Numbered from the stretch's first letter, positions 1-10,080 are shown. The stretch: DNA of 64,000 nt from Candidatus Omnitrophota bacterium (GCA_022710715.1 JAKLGJ010000003.1:358558-422557); one strand, 5' to 3'. The notes: generated by a model not told the origin, from the letters alone. Numbers and translations are program-made.

Positions 1-54
1 CACCATGATCCGTTTCTTCAATGGTTTAGTCGCCTGTTTCTTGAGAAGATCCAT
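1..54 (-). CDS. Hypothetical protein, N-terminal 18 codons only (MDLLKKQATKPLKKRIMV...); the gene continues beyond the window start
   Basis: ATG at 52-54 on the minus strand, preceded by GGAGG (plus-strand cctcc at 60-64). The frame is open to the window edge. Too short to classify. Confidence 0.25.
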   Translation of the reverse strand, partial: MDLLKKQATKPLKKRIMV

Positions 55-194
55 TCCAACCTCCCCCGATGACGGATAATCAATTGCGTTGCGCATTACG
101 GTCTCTCCTTTTGCTATTAGTATAAGTTCTCTCCCTGAACTGTACATTGCTTTTTTACGCTTTTTACTGACTTTTTTCCACCTTTTCCATTTAA

Positions 195-221
195 CAAAAA
201 AGGAACTCTTCTTTGAGTTCC
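195..221 (-). terminator. Rho-independent terminator downstream of the response-regulator gene
   Basis: On the minus strand: ggaactc-aaagaa-gagttcc followed by tttttt (plus-strand a-run at 195-201). It lies just 3' of the CDS ending at 259. Confidence 0.45.
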
Positions 222-258
222 TCGACGGAAAAACGCGCTTGACGCCGCTGTCCGGCAG

Positions 259-657
259 TTATCCGAGCATAACCTTTAATTTTTTCAGCAATGCCACCAC
301 GTCAAACGGCTTATTCATGAAAGCGTCGGCCAGACGTAAAATTTCCTTGCCCTCCGTATCCTCTTTTTTGTCGAGCGCTGGAATACGATCATCTTCACTG
401 CGGAACATCGGCCGGCCGGTGGTGACAAGGATCTTAAAAGGGACGCGCCGCGATTTCAGCGTGCGCAAAACATCAAGTCCGCTGACTACGGGCAGTTTTA
501 AATCAAGGATCACCAGATCGAAGGCTTCTTTCTCAAGGATCTGGAGCGCTTTTTCGCCGTCAAAAGCCGTTCTGACCAGATACCGTTCTTCTTTGAGCAA
601 TTCGGCGATCTCTTCGCAGATCTCCTCATCGTCATCAACCAGCAGGATTCTTTTCAT
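259..657 (-). CDS. Stand-alone response regulator receiver domain (CheY-like)
   Basis: MKRILLVDDDEE...DLVILDLKLP...: acidic pocket DD, phospho-acceptor Asp in LVILD, conserved T/K positions. 132 aa with no output domain. It sits 10 nt downstream of the HK gene. Confidence 0.85.
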   Translation of the reverse strand: MKRILLVDDDEEICEEIAELLKEERYLVRTAFDGEKALQILEKEAFDLVILDLKLPVVSGLDVLRTLKSRRVPFKILVTTGRPMFRSEDDRIPALDKKEDTEGKEILRLADAFMNKPFDVVALLKKLKVMLG

Positions 658-667
658 GTATCGGACC

Positions 668-3600
668 TTAAACTGTTTTCACTTCCACCGGCAGGCTTAT
701 GGTCACCGCGGTGCCCTTGCCTTGCTCGCTCTCGATCCTTACTGTCCCGTTATGCAAACTGACCAGCTGGTGGCATACCGTCAGCCCCAGCCCCGTACCT
801 TTCGACTTGGTGGTAAAAAACGGTTGCGATATTTTTTTCAAGTCATCCGGACTGATCCCCGAGCCGTTATCCCGGAAAGTCACGGTAAAGTATCCCCGGG
901 GCTTATATTCGGCGGTAATGCCGATCTTCCCCTTCTTCTCCGGCAATGCCTCGTAAGCGTTATTGAGGACATTGTTGAACATTTCCCTGACCTGCAGCGG
1001 ATCCGCCTTGATCGTATCGGCAGGCTTACAGGTACACTTCAACTGCACGTTCACTTTGGCCTTGGGGAAACGCTCGCGAGCCGCGGAAACGCATTCCTGC
1101 AGCAGCTCATGGATGGCCACCGCCTGATAGTGAGGCGTTTTAATCCGGGAATAACTTAACAGATTATTGATAATCTGGTCGCTCTCCACGACTTTTTTCT
1201 CGATGTTGACCAGGTGGCTCTGCAACCGGGCATCGCGGGACTTGCGGTTGATGTTGTACGCGGCAGTGCGGATCGCCGCCAGCGGATTGCGCAGCTCATG
1301 TGCGATCGTAGCTGCCAGCGCCCCGATCTCGGAAAGATGTTTGGCGACCGCCAGTTCTTTCTGCATCCCCAGCAACTGTTCGGTCTTGTCATTAACCATC
1401 TGCTCAAAAGCAGCTTTGTCGTTTTTCAGGATCGCTTCAGCCTGTTTCTGCTCGGTAATATCCCGGATGGTCTCGATAGCCCCGACCATGTGGCCGTCGC
1501 TGTCATACAAGGGCGACGCCTTCGCCCAGACAAACGCTCCTTTGCCGTTATACACCTGCGGGACGAAAACTTCGGCGAAGAGGATGTTTTTTTTGCGTTT
1601 GATAAAGCTGTATTTCCTCTCCATCTCCCGATCGGTCCTGCCGATCAGGTCGATCAGCATGGGCCGGGGTTTGCCGTAGAAAGGTACCGCATACGCGTAT
1701 TCCGCCTTACCGATGATCTCTTTCTTGCTCAAACCGGTCATCTCTTCTATAGCCTTGTTCCAGGCAATCACCTTTTTTTTCTTATCGATAACCAGCGTGG
1801 CATCCGGCAGGAACTCGATGATATCCTGAAGCTGCTGATTGGCCAGCCAGAGCTGTCTTTCGGCAAGCTTGGCTTCGGTATTCTCCAGGCCGTAGATGCG
1901 GATGTGCGAACCGCCCGGCACGGAAAACGACGATTGTTTGTACCAGATGCCGTTTATCTCTACATCGCGGGTGAACGGCTGGTTCCGGGACAGCTTGACC
2001 TGCTCGGACAACCAGGTCAAGCCCGCCAACCAGGGATGCTGCGCGCCCAGAGAGACCAGATCGGGGAATAGCCGCTGCGCAGCAGGATTGAGATAATGAA
2101 TATTCCCCGCGGCGTCGACTTCCACGATCGGATTGAAGTCAAGCTGGGGGAACGTGGCCAGCCAGGCAGTATGCTCCTCTTCTTTCTTGCGGCTGGTGAT
2201 ATCCGTGACCATGGCCAGAAACCCGCTGTAGGTATTGTTGGTTTCAAACAACGGCGAGGCCGAAACGATGGTCCAGAGATCGCCGCCGTCCTTCCTTTTG
2301 AGCCGGAAGTCGGTGCGAATCCTTTCTCCGCCGGCGAGCGTCTTCAGGAAAATCGTCGCTTGCTGCTGCGACTGTTCGTCCAGAAAACCGAAATAATCCT
2401 TACCCATAACCTCGGAAACCTGATAACCGAGCAGATCCGCCATGCGCTGGTTGATGAACACCACCCGGCGCGCGTTATTCACCAGAACGATACCCTCCAG
2501 CGAAGTTTCCACGATATAGCGATACCGTTCCTGGCTGGCGCGCAACGCCTCAAGCGCATGTTTATGCTCGCTGATATCCACTCCGGAAGCGATAATGCCG
2601 TTTATGCTGCCGTCGGATCTGCGCAACGGCTCGATAGTCAGATCATACCAGTAATCCTTCCCCTGATACGTCAGACAGACTTCTTCCCGTGACCCCCGGC
2701 CCGAATCAAGAACCCGCTGTTTCATCAGACGCAGACGTTGCGCCTGTTTCGGCGGATACAGCTCGTCGTCGCATTTGCCGATAAGCTCATCCACGCTTAG
2801 CTGCTTATTGGGATTATGCACCCAGGTATAGCGCAGGTTGCTATCCTGGCTGAAGACGACGGTATGCGCGTGGGCAATGCCTACCCGTAAACGCTCCTCG
2901 CTCAACCGCAACGCTTCTTCCGTAGCCCGGCGTTTAGAAATATCCCTTCCCACCGCCAGCAAACTGTAGAGCCGGCCGTCGGCATCGCGCAGCAGCTTTA
3001 CTTTCATTTCGAACCAGATGGTCGAGCCGTTCTTATGCACCATCTCGTATTCGATGGTAAACATCCTGTCGGCGGGCTGCGCAGGATCCCGCCCCGCGGC
3101 AATCATTTCGTCCTGCTTTTGCCAGGCCAGGGTCAACGAAGCCGGAGTGAATATCTGCTCCGCGGTCAACTCCAGCGCTTCCTGCGGGGTATACCCGAGC
3201 AAACGCTCGATGGAAGGGCTGACATACCTGCAGCGCATGTTGAAATCAAAGATCACGATCAGATCGGTGATATTGTCCGCCAGGAAACGATACCGGCGCT
3301 CGCTCTCCTGCAGGGCCTTTTCACTCGCTTTCTTCGCGGTGATATCGTGGGCAATCTCGAGTATCGCGATGGGATCGCCCTTACGATTCCTCTGCAGCGC
3401 CCAGCGGCTGGAAACGATGATCGGCGTGCCGTCTTTGGTATGATGGATCAGTTCGCCTTCCCAGCGGCCGGCCGCAAAAAGCTCGCTATTAACATCTTCA
3501 AGCGTGCGCGGGAACCTGGTATTAAGCAACTCGTGGGAATTGCGGTCCATCGCTTCTTCTTTACTCCAGCCGTATTGCAACTCCGCGCCGTGATTCCAGA

Positions 3601-3778
3601 GCACGATATGCCCGTCCATATCGGAGATTATGATCGTATCGTCCGCCAGATCAAGCAGCGCCACCAGCTCATCCAGCAATTCAGCCTGCTGTTCCAGTCC
3701 CACCAGGATATGCTCCGGCTTGACCGAAGAGTCCTCTTTAGCGTGGTGCTTGCGGGCGTTGTTGGGTTTTTCGCTCAT
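668..3778 (-). CDS. Multi-PAS/PAC hybrid-type sensor histidine kinase (HisKA + HATPase_c)
   Basis: 1036 aa with several PAS-like modules. H-box is HELRNPLAAI, and N/G boxes (NAYEAL, DNGSGI, GTGLGL) lie at the C-terminus. Its start overlaps the stop of the upstream response-regulator gene (3775-3778). Confidence 0.85.
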   Translation of the reverse strand: MSEKPNNARKHHAKEDSSVKPEHILVGLEQQAELLDELVALLDLADDTIIISDMDGHIVLWNHGAELQYGWSKEEAMDRNSHELLNTRFPRTLEDVNSELFAAGRWEGELIHHTKDGTPIIVSSRWALQRNRKGDPIAILEIAHDITAKKASEKALQESERRYRFLADNITDLIVIFDFNMRCRYVSPSIERLLGYTPQEALELTAEQIFTPASLTLAWQKQDEMIAAGRDPAQPADRMFTIEYEMVHKNGSTIWFEMKVKLLRDADGRLYSLLAVGRDISKRRATEEALRLSEERLRVGIAHAHTVVFSQDSNLRYTWVHNPNKQLSVDELIGKCDDELYPPKQAQRLRLMKQRVLDSGRGSREEVCLTYQGKDYWYDLTIEPLRRSDGSINGIIASGVDISEHKHALEALRASQERYRYIVETSLEGIVLVNNARRVVFINQRMADLLGYQVSEVMGKDYFGFLDEQSQQQATIFLKTLAGGERIRTDFRLKRKDGGDLWTIVSASPLFETNNTYSGFLAMVTDITSRKKEEEHTAWLATFPQLDFNPIVEVDAAGNIHYLNPAAQRLFPDLVSLGAQHPWLAGLTWLSEQVKLSRNQPFTRDVEINGIWYKQSSFSVPGGSHIRIYGLENTEAKLAERQLWLANQQLQDIIEFLPDATLVIDKKKKVIAWNKAIEEMTGLSKKEIIGKAEYAYAVPFYGKPRPMLIDLIGRTDREMERKYSFIKRKKNILFAEVFVPQVYNGKGAFVWAKASPLYDSDGHMVGAIETIRDITEQKQAEAILKNDKAAFEQMVNDKTEQLLGMQKELAVAKHLSEIGALAATIAHELRNPLAAIRTAAYNINRKSRDARLQSHLVNIEKKVVESDQIINNLLSYSRIKTPHYQAVAIHELLQECVSAARERFPKAKVNVQLKCTCKPADTIKADPLQVREMFNNVLNNAYEALPEKKGKIGITAEYKPRGYFTVTFRDNGSGISPDDLKKISQPFFTTKSKGTGLGLTVCHQLVSLHNGTVRIESEQGKGTAVTISLPVEVKTV

Positions 3779-4500
3779 GTGCGTTTCTTGGTTTTTTTGC
3801 GCTTCGTCCGGAACTGCGTGGGGGTAAGCCTGGTGAATTTTTCAAAAATGCGGATAAATGATTCGGGATTACGATACCCCAGCCGGTAGGAAATCTGGTC
3901 GACAGTCAGGCCGGTCCTGGTGAGCAACTCCTGCGCCCTGTGCACTTTCACCTGGAGCTTGTATTCGTTGAAACCGACGCCGGCGTGTTCCTTGAAAATC
4001 CGGCTTAAGTATTTCGGGCTCAAGCAGACGGTGCGGGCGACATCGTTAAGAGACGTTTTCTTTTCGGCATTGCGGCGGGCAAATTGTTTAGCGCGCTCGA
4101 TCTTTGCATGAATATCCTGGCTATCCCCGATAGAACCGCCGCCCCCCGTCAACAGGCGCTCGATGATCTCCTTGGTTTTATCGATATCCAGCGGCTTCTC
4201 GATATATTCATCGGCTCTGCCCTTGAGCGCCTCGATAGCCACATCCTTGGAGCTGTAACCGGTCAGCATCACGATCTTGAGGTCCGGGGCATTCTTTTTC
4301 ATTTCTTTGAGCACATCGGTCCCGCTGGCGCCGGGCAACATCACATCCAGAATGACCAGGTCGATCTCATTCGGTTTACGCAGAAGCGATAACGCTTCCG
4401 TTCCGCCGGAAGCTTCAATGACCTTATAGTGCTCCAGGCACTCCTTGAATTCGCTGCGGAATTCCCTGTCGTCATCAACCAGCAGTATCGTATGCGGCAT
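3775..4500 (-). CDS. Response regulator with receiver domain and AraC-type HTH output domain
   Basis: N-terminal REC (ILLVDDD, LVILDVMLPG). The C-terminus carries an AraC-family HTH signature (SLNDVARTVCLSPKYLSRIFKEH ... YRNPESFIRIFEKFTRLTP). Translationally coupled to the downstream HK. Confidence 0.85.
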   Translation of the reverse strand: MPHTILLVDDDREFRSEFKECLEHYKVIEASGGTEALSLLRKPNEIDLVILDVMLPGASGTDVLKEMKKNAPDLKIVMLTGYSSKDVAIEALKGRADEYIEKPLDIDKTKEIIERLLTGGGGSIGDSQDIHAKIERAKQFARRNAEKKTSLNDVARTVCLSPKYLSRIFKEHAGVGFNEYKLQVKVHRAQELLTRTGLTVDQISYRLGYRNPESFIRIFEKFTRLTPTQFRTKRKKTKKRT

Positions 4501-4519
4501 CGGACGGTCTCCTTACAAA

Positions 4520-4544
4520 CAAAAAACCCGGGCGCTGACCCGGG
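4520..4544 (-). terminator. Putative intrinsic terminator after the phosphorylase gene
   Basis: Hairpin cccgggcgctgacccggg, followed on the minus strand by a T-run (plus-strand a-run at 4520-4526). It lies 70-90 nt 3' of the CDS ending at 4614. Confidence 0.4.
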
Positions 4545-4613
4545 AATATACTATTTTCCTTTTTATCTGTTTTTTCATACCCTCGCGACTCCTAGGTATG
4601 ATTATAGCACAAC

Positions 4614-6632
4614 TTAAACGATGCCCCAGATATTTTTCTTGTACTGATCGAGCATCCGGTAGGTATTGAAATTTGCGCCGGCGATAAGGCAGTTGATCAT
4701 ATAGTCGAGCCATTTGGAAGAGAAATCGATCTGGCCCTTGTTATTGGTTTCGTAATACAGCTTGACCATTTCTTCCAGCGCCGCATACAGCTGTTTTGCG
4801 TCATCGACCATATGCAGGTCGCGCTCATCCCCCACCACTCCTTCCGGATTGACGTATCCGAAGATCTTTCCGATCCCTTTATCCGCCGCCTCTACCACCC
4901 ATCCGTCCAGCGTGCTGATCTGCACCACGCCGTTCAAAATAGCCTTCATGCCGCTGGTGCCGGATGCCTCAAACGGCGGCAGGGGATTGTTCAACCAGAC
5001 GTCGACGCTGGAAGTCAGAATCCTGGCGAGACTGATCTCGTAATTCTCCGGCATCATGATCTTGAGATAATCATACGCATCCACCAGCCCGTCCACCTTA
5101 TCCAGCATATCATTGATGAAGGTAAAACCCAGATTATCGCTGGGATGCGCCTTGCCGGCGAAAATGATCTGAATGGGGCCGATCTTCTTGGCCAGACTGA
5201 TCAATTTCTTGACATCCTGCAGGATCATGCTCGGCCGTTTGTACATCGCCACTCTCCTGGCCCAGCAGATGGTAAAAATATCCGGGCTGAATTTCCATTT
5301 CTCAAGAAGATTGCACAGGTCGATCTTATTCTGCTGATGCGCCTGCCAGACTTCGCGGCGAAAATCCGCTTTGTCCCGCAAACCGTCGACTTTGGTCAAC
5401 GCCATGGGATTGGCTTTGATATCGCCCAGGTCCGCGGCGTATTTCTCGAAAACCCCCTTAAAGCGGTCGGACATCCAGGTATGCGGATGCACGCCGTTGG
5501 TCACATGCTGGATCTGCTCTTTATACCTGGGGAACTGCAGTTGCATGACTTTGCCGTGGTTCAACGCCACCGCGTTGATCCGGGAAGCGATATTCATCGA
5601 AAGCAGCGTCAGGTTAATCGACCCTTTGTCTTTACCGAAGGTCTCGCAGATCTCGAAATCCTCTTTGCGCACGACACGGCTCAAATCCTCGGGAGAAAAC
5701 CGGTCATGACCGGCCTCGACCGGCGTGTGACAGGTATACACGAAATGTTTCTTGAGCGCGTCAACCTCCGCGCGCTGCAATCCCCGGGCTTTTTCCACAA
5801 ACGCGAAAACCGCGTGTCCTTCGTTAAGATGGAAAAGATTGACGTTGTAGCCGAGCTCGCGCAGCGCCGCAACCCCGCCCATGCCCAGGATAACCCGCTG
5901 CATGATCTTGATCCAGACATCATCGGACCGATAGAGCTGGTCGGTAAGATGCCGGATTTTCTCGTTATTCTCCTCTACATTGGCATCCAGCAGAACCAGA
6001 GGGACCACGGCATCGTGCTTATAGCTGTAGACGTAGTATTTCCACAAGCGCAGGTACAGGTCTTCATTGCGCAGGGAGATCTTGACTTTGTTCTTCAACG
6101 GGATCAAGCCGGGATACGACGTCAGGTCCCAGGTCATCCGTTCCGGCATCTGGCCGTACTTGAACCAGAATTTCTGCCGGAAATATCCGGTATTCCAGAG
6201 TATACCGATGGCCACTACCGGAAGCTTGTAGTCCGCCATGGTCTTGACCGTGTCCCCTGCCAGCACGCCCAGACCGCCGCTGTAAATCGGCAGGTCCACC
6301 AGCGAACGCAGGTTCAAGCTGAAATAATAATCCGCAAGGCGGCAATTGGAGAAGATTTCCTGTTCCTGACTCTTATTCTTGGGATCGATAGGGCGGGCGG
6401 AAGTGAATTTATTATAAAAACTGGTGGCCAATCCGTATTCCATGGAGAAATACGCCAGACACTTATCCTTGGGAGAGATCAAACGGCGCTCCGCCTCGAC
6501 GATACTGGAGAGCGGCAAACCGAAATAGGTCGCGTCACCGATATCCCCGGAATACCGTTCTTCAAACGCATCTACTTTGACCAGAGAGAGAAATTCGGCA
6601 AGCAGCTGCTGCTGTGTCACGCAACCCTCCAT
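4614..6632 (-). CDS. glgP: Alpha-glucan (glycogen/maltodextrin) phosphorylase, GT35 family
   Basis: Pyridoxal-phosphate lysine motif EASGTSGMK is present, with GT35-like overall conservation. The 672-aa size fits the short bacterial/archaeal alpha-glucan phosphorylases. Confidence 0.8.
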   Translation of the reverse strand: MEGCVTQQQLLAEFLSLVKVDAFEERYSGDIGDATYFGLPLSSIVEAERRLISPKDKCLAYFSMEYGLATSFYNKFTSARPIDPKNKSQEQEIFSNCRLADYYFSLNLRSLVDLPIYSGGLGVLAGDTVKTMADYKLPVVAIGILWNTGYFRQKFWFKYGQMPERMTWDLTSYPGLIPLKNKVKISLRNEDLYLRLWKYYVYSYKHDAVVPLVLLDANVEENNEKIRHLTDQLYRSDDVWIKIMQRVILGMGGVAALRELGYNVNLFHLNEGHAVFAFVEKARGLQRAEVDALKKHFVYTCHTPVEAGHDRFSPEDLSRVVRKEDFEICETFGKDKGSINLTLLSMNIASRINAVALNHGKVMQLQFPRYKEQIQHVTNGVHPHTWMSDRFKGVFEKYAADLGDIKANPMALTKVDGLRDKADFRREVWQAHQQNKIDLCNLLEKWKFSPDIFTICWARRVAMYKRPSMILQDVKKLISLAKKIGPIQIIFAGKAHPSDNLGFTFINDMLDKVDGLVDAYDYLKIMMPENYEISLARILTSSVDVWLNNPLPPFEASGTSGMKAILNGVVQISTLDGWVVEAADKGIGKIFGYVNPEGVVGDERDLHMVDDAKQLYAALEEMVKLYYETNNKGQIDFSSKWLDYMINCLIAGANFNTYRMLDQYKKNIWGIV

Positions 6633-6838
6633 GCGATTCCTTGGTTTAGCGAACAGCTAAGGCTGTCGACTATATAGTTATCGGCATAGGTACGGTTTTT
6701 TGAAACTAATAATTAACAAACCTCCATCATTATACGTTGCCCCATCCGCTGCGTCAAGCATTTTGCAGACGTTTTCCCCAACTCATTATCCGGCGGGAAC
6801 TTACAAAAGTATTCCGGTAGGCTCCGGGTACAGCAGGA

Positions 6839-7213
6839 TTACTTCTTTTTCAAAGCCCGATCGATCATGGCTTTCAATTCCGCATTATCAAACGGCTTGG
6901 TAAGATATCCGGCGTAACCGGGAATATTCTTTATCCGCTCCACCATCTCGCTGTCGGCGAAAGCGGTAAGAAAAATCACCGGTCGATACGTACCTGCGCT
7001 CAACTGCGTCGCCGTATCCACCCCATCCAGAGAGCCCTTGAGCCTGATATCCATCAGCAATACATCCGGCTGCTCCCGGGCAACATACTCAAGCGCTTCT
7101 TCTCCGCTGGCAACCACTCCCGCATCAAATTTCCATTGCTGCAGAGTATACTTAATGCTCAACGCCACAACGGGTTCATCTTCAACCACCAGTATTTTTC
7201 TCCCGGCACCCAT
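6839..7213 (-). CDS. Stand-alone response regulator receiver domain
   Basis: ILVVEDEP ... VLLMDIRLKG ... LTKP. 124 aa with no output domain. It sits 10 nt downstream of the HK gene at 7224. Confidence 0.8.
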   Translation of the reverse strand: MGAGRKILVVEDEPVVALSIKYTLQQWKFDAGVVASGEEALEYVAREQPDVLLMDIRLKGSLDGVDTATQLSAGTYRPVIFLTAFADSEMVERIKNIPGYAGYLTKPFDNAELKAMIDRALKKK

Positions 7214-7223
7214 CGCCTGCCAC

Positions 7224-9011
7224 CTATTCGCTCTTCATGACTATGCTGTAACGGGTACCTTCCCCGCCTTCCATATGGGCAATACCCAGATTCGTCGCCA
7301 GCGTAGCGACCAGCTCCAACCCCAGAGTCTTGGCTTGTTCCAGCTTGAAATCCGCGGGTAACCCCACGCCGTTGTCGGAGACGCTCAAAACATAATGTTC
7401 CCGGCTATCCTTGTATAACGTTATGGTGATCGAACCTTTCCTCTGATCCGGAAAAGCGTATTTGATGGCGTTGGTCACCAGTTCATTGACGATCAGGCCG
7501 CAGTTGATGGCTTTATCGATGCCGAACTCGATCGTGTCATCGACATCCACCGCTATTGCGATCACCCGCGGGTCAATACCGAACGAACCGCTGATCGTGG
7601 CTACCAGATCAATGAAATAACCCCGCATCACGATGCGTTCCAGATTCGCCGCTTGATAGAGCTTTTCATGCACCAGCGCGATAGACCGGACCCGGGCAAA
7701 ATTCTCCATCAGCACGCTCTTGAGCCGGCGGTCGGAAACTCTGCTCGCCTGAAGGTTAAAAAGGCTGTTGATAATCTGCAGGTTATTCTTCACCCGGTGG
7801 TTGATCTCTCGTAAAAGGATCTCCTTCTCCTTCAGAGAAGCTTTAAGCGCATCCTCCGCCTTTTTACGCTGCGTAACATCATCATACACCACTACCAGTT
7901 CGTCGGACGGTAATTTATAGACATAATTCTCTTTCCAGCCGGATACCCTCTCATCCTGATATAACGTCACGGGAAGATGCTCGGGAGTGCCGGTCTGCCA
8001 GACGCGTTGCAATACTTCCAGCAGGCCGAATTGTTTCACTCCGGGAAAAACCTCGGTAACTTTCCTGTCGATGCAATCGCCGCGCGCAATCTCTTCCGTC
8101 TTTTCCGCAGCTTTATTGAGATCCTTGAATACAAAATCCCGGCCGTTATCCACCGCAGCATAGATCGCCGCGCAACTGCCCATATTGGCGAACAATTCGC
8201 GGAATTTATATTCGCTATCCCGCAAAACATTTTCGATCAGCGTGCGCCGGGTGATATCGACCGCGGAAGTAAACAGGTATTTTTTTCCATCCGAGAATGT
8301 AACGACATCTACGGCGAAAAGCATCCTCTTGATTTCTCCGGATCGAGCGCGCAAATCCACCTCCACGCACTCCTTTCTCCCCTGGGTCAAGAAGTGATCA
8401 ATGACTCTTTCCCGATCAGCCGGACTGATCCAGATGCCCAGCTCAAAAGAAGTCTTGCCGACTGCTTGCGCTTTGGTATATCCCATCACCCGCTCAAACG
8501 CGGCATTGACGTCGATGTACCGACCGGTTTCCACCTCGGTGATAGCGGCGAGCGAAGGACTGGTATAAAAAACAGTCTTGAACTTCTCTTCCGAAGCTTT
8601 CAGCGACAATTCCGCGGTCTTGTGATCGGAGATATCGCGGGCAAGAGTGCCGACAGCGATGATCCGCCCCTTTTTGTTTCTTATGGGATATTTGCGGTCG
8701 ATCAGCCAGATATGTTTCTTCTTCAGGAACACCGATAGTTCCAGAGAAACCGGCTTTCCGGTTTTCAAGCACCGTCTGAATTGATTGTTGAATTTTTTCG
8801 CCACTGCGGGAGGGAAACAATCTTCGGCTTTCTTGCCGATGAGGTCGCCGGGTTCCAAGCCAAAAGTTCCGGCGCCGTTAAAATACACATAGGTGCCTGC
8901 GGGATCCTGAAGAAGGATAATAGAATCGGTATTTTCCGCCAGAAGATGCAGCAAATGCCGGACAGGCGCAGCGCTGGTGAGGGTGCTCTTCGCGATCTTC
9001 TTTTTGACCAT
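7224..9011 (-). CDS. PAS-domain sensor histidine kinase with HisKA_2-type phosphoacceptor
   Basis: H-box is INHRVKNNLQIINSL, which is HisKA_2 style. A C-terminal HATPase follows (NELVTNAIKYAF, DNGVGLP, GLGLELV). PAS-like segments occupy the N-terminal half. Confidence 0.8.
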   Translation of the reverse strand: MVKKKIAKSTLTSAAPVRHLLHLLAENTDSIILLQDPAGTYVYFNGAGTFGLEPGDLIGKKAEDCFPPAVAKKFNNQFRRCLKTGKPVSLELSVFLKKKHIWLIDRKYPIRNKKGRIIAVGTLARDISDHKTAELSLKASEEKFKTVFYTSPSLAAITEVETGRYIDVNAAFERVMGYTKAQAVGKTSFELGIWISPADRERVIDHFLTQGRKECVEVDLRARSGEIKRMLFAVDVVTFSDGKKYLFTSAVDITRRTLIENVLRDSEYKFRELFANMGSCAAIYAAVDNGRDFVFKDLNKAAEKTEEIARGDCIDRKVTEVFPGVKQFGLLEVLQRVWQTGTPEHLPVTLYQDERVSGWKENYVYKLPSDELVVVYDDVTQRKKAEDALKASLKEKEILLREINHRVKNNLQIINSLFNLQASRVSDRRLKSVLMENFARVRSIALVHEKLYQAANLERIVMRGYFIDLVATISGSFGIDPRVIAIAVDVDDTIEFGIDKAINCGLIVNELVTNAIKYAFPDQRKGSITITLYKDSREHYVLSVSDNGVGLPADFKLEQAKTLGLELVATLATNLGIAHMEGGEGTRYSIVMKSE

Positions 9012-9019
9012 ACGGCTGG

Positions 9020-9568
9020 TTATTTTCCGCCGGAATATTCTATGCTGTCGATCATGGATTGAATGCGCGGCTGGTGTTCATTGCGGAAGAGAAACGAGAG
9101 AATCACGCTTCCCTTTTTCCCTTCCGGGAACAAAAATACCTTCTCCTGGATGAACCCTTTGTAATTAGGGTCTTCGGTAACAAAGTAAAACCCTTTATAG
9201 CGCGGCTTATCGATGGTCCCGCGGCTTAGGATCTTGCGGTTGGCATCGAAATACCCTATGGTCTCGGCCAACTCGGAGTCGGGATTGGTAAAAATGCTCC
9301 AGTATTTCTTCCTGGTTGCGGAATCGGTGGTGGCGTCGAACGATATCATCACGATCTCCACCGGTTTCTCGTTGACGTTGACGAACGCGGTGTCCGCGAT
9401 ATCGGCGTTCTCCACCAGGAAACTTTTGTCATGCTTGAATTCCTCTGCGACGCGCATGGAAAAAGCAAAACGCTGCATCTTGAATGTCCCCGGGACATCC
9501 TGAGCGCAGACGCGCCCCCCGAGAATCACGCCCAACAGCAGACAACCGGTTAACAGAATCCTCTTCAT
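9020..9568 (-). CDS. Secreted hypothetical protein (signal peptide)
   Basis: Start chosen at the internal Met (MKRILLTGCLLLGVILGGRVCAQD), which has an RBS-like gagga upstream. No recognisable domain. Confidence 0.45.
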   Translation of the reverse strand: MKRILLTGCLLLGVILGGRVCAQDVPGTFKMQRFAFSMRVAEEFKHDKSFLVENADIADTAFVNVNEKPVEIVMISFDATTDSATRKKYWSIFTNPDSELAETIGYFDANRKILSRGTIDKPRYKGFYFVTEDPNYKGFIQEKVFLFPEGKKGSVILSFLFRNEHQPRIQSMIDSIEYSGGK

Positions 9569-9615
9569 AGGTATCCTCGTTTTGAACTCTATTTTACTCC
9601 CCTCCAAGCCGTATT

Positions 9616-10080
9616 TCAACCCTTAACTTCGCCGATATCCTCATCCCACAGAGCGGGTTTCGTTTTGATAAAAGCGGCCATAAGCTGCCGGCACTCGGGC
9701 ATGTCCAGGTTGATCAATTTCACCCCGCAGCCGCGGGCATAACGCTCGGGGCCTTTAAAAGTACGGTTCTCCCCGATAACCACCAGCGGGATTTTATAAA
9801 GAAGGATCGCCCCGGTGCACATGGCGCACGGTGAAAGAGTCGAATACAACACGCATCGCCGGTATTCACCGGCCTTGAGCCGGCCGGCATTTTCCAGACA
9901 ATCCATTTCCGCGTGCAGGATCGCAGACGTGCGCTGCACCCTGCGGTTGTGCCCCCGGCCGATAATCCGGTCGCCTTTAACCAGCACCGCGCCGATAGGA
10001 ATGCCGCCTTCGCGCAAACCCTTTCTGGCTTCTTTGAGCGCTTCGCGCAAAAAAAAGAGATGCCGGGTGGTAGTATTCAT
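9616..10080 (-). CDS. Cytosine deaminase of the CDA-fold (yeast Fcy1-like) type
   Basis: Zinc-binding motifs HAEMDCLENAG and LSPCAMCTGAI, with extended similarity to the Fcy1 pattern (GRLKAGEY..TTLYSTLSPC.MCTGAI..Y.IP..V.GEN). 154 aa. Confidence 0.7.
   Translation of the reverse strand: MNTTTRHLFFLREALKEARKGLREGGIPIGAVLVKGDRIIGRGHNRRVQRTSAILHAEMDCLENAGRLKAGEYRRCVLYSTLSPCAMCTGAILLYKIPLVVIGENRTFKGPERYARGCGVKLINLDMPECRQLMAAFIKTKPALWDEDIGEVKG

Noticed and set aside
89-1159. 356-aa plus-strand ORF at the window start
   Set aside because: It is antisense to, and overlaps, the confidently assigned receiver and histidine-kinase genes on the minus strand. Its composition is low-complexity (S/R/L-rich) with no motifs.
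4812-6677. 621-aa plus-strand ORF
   Set aside because: It is the antisense shadow of the alpha-glucan phosphorylase gene, which is the strand carrying the PLP motif EASGTSGMK.
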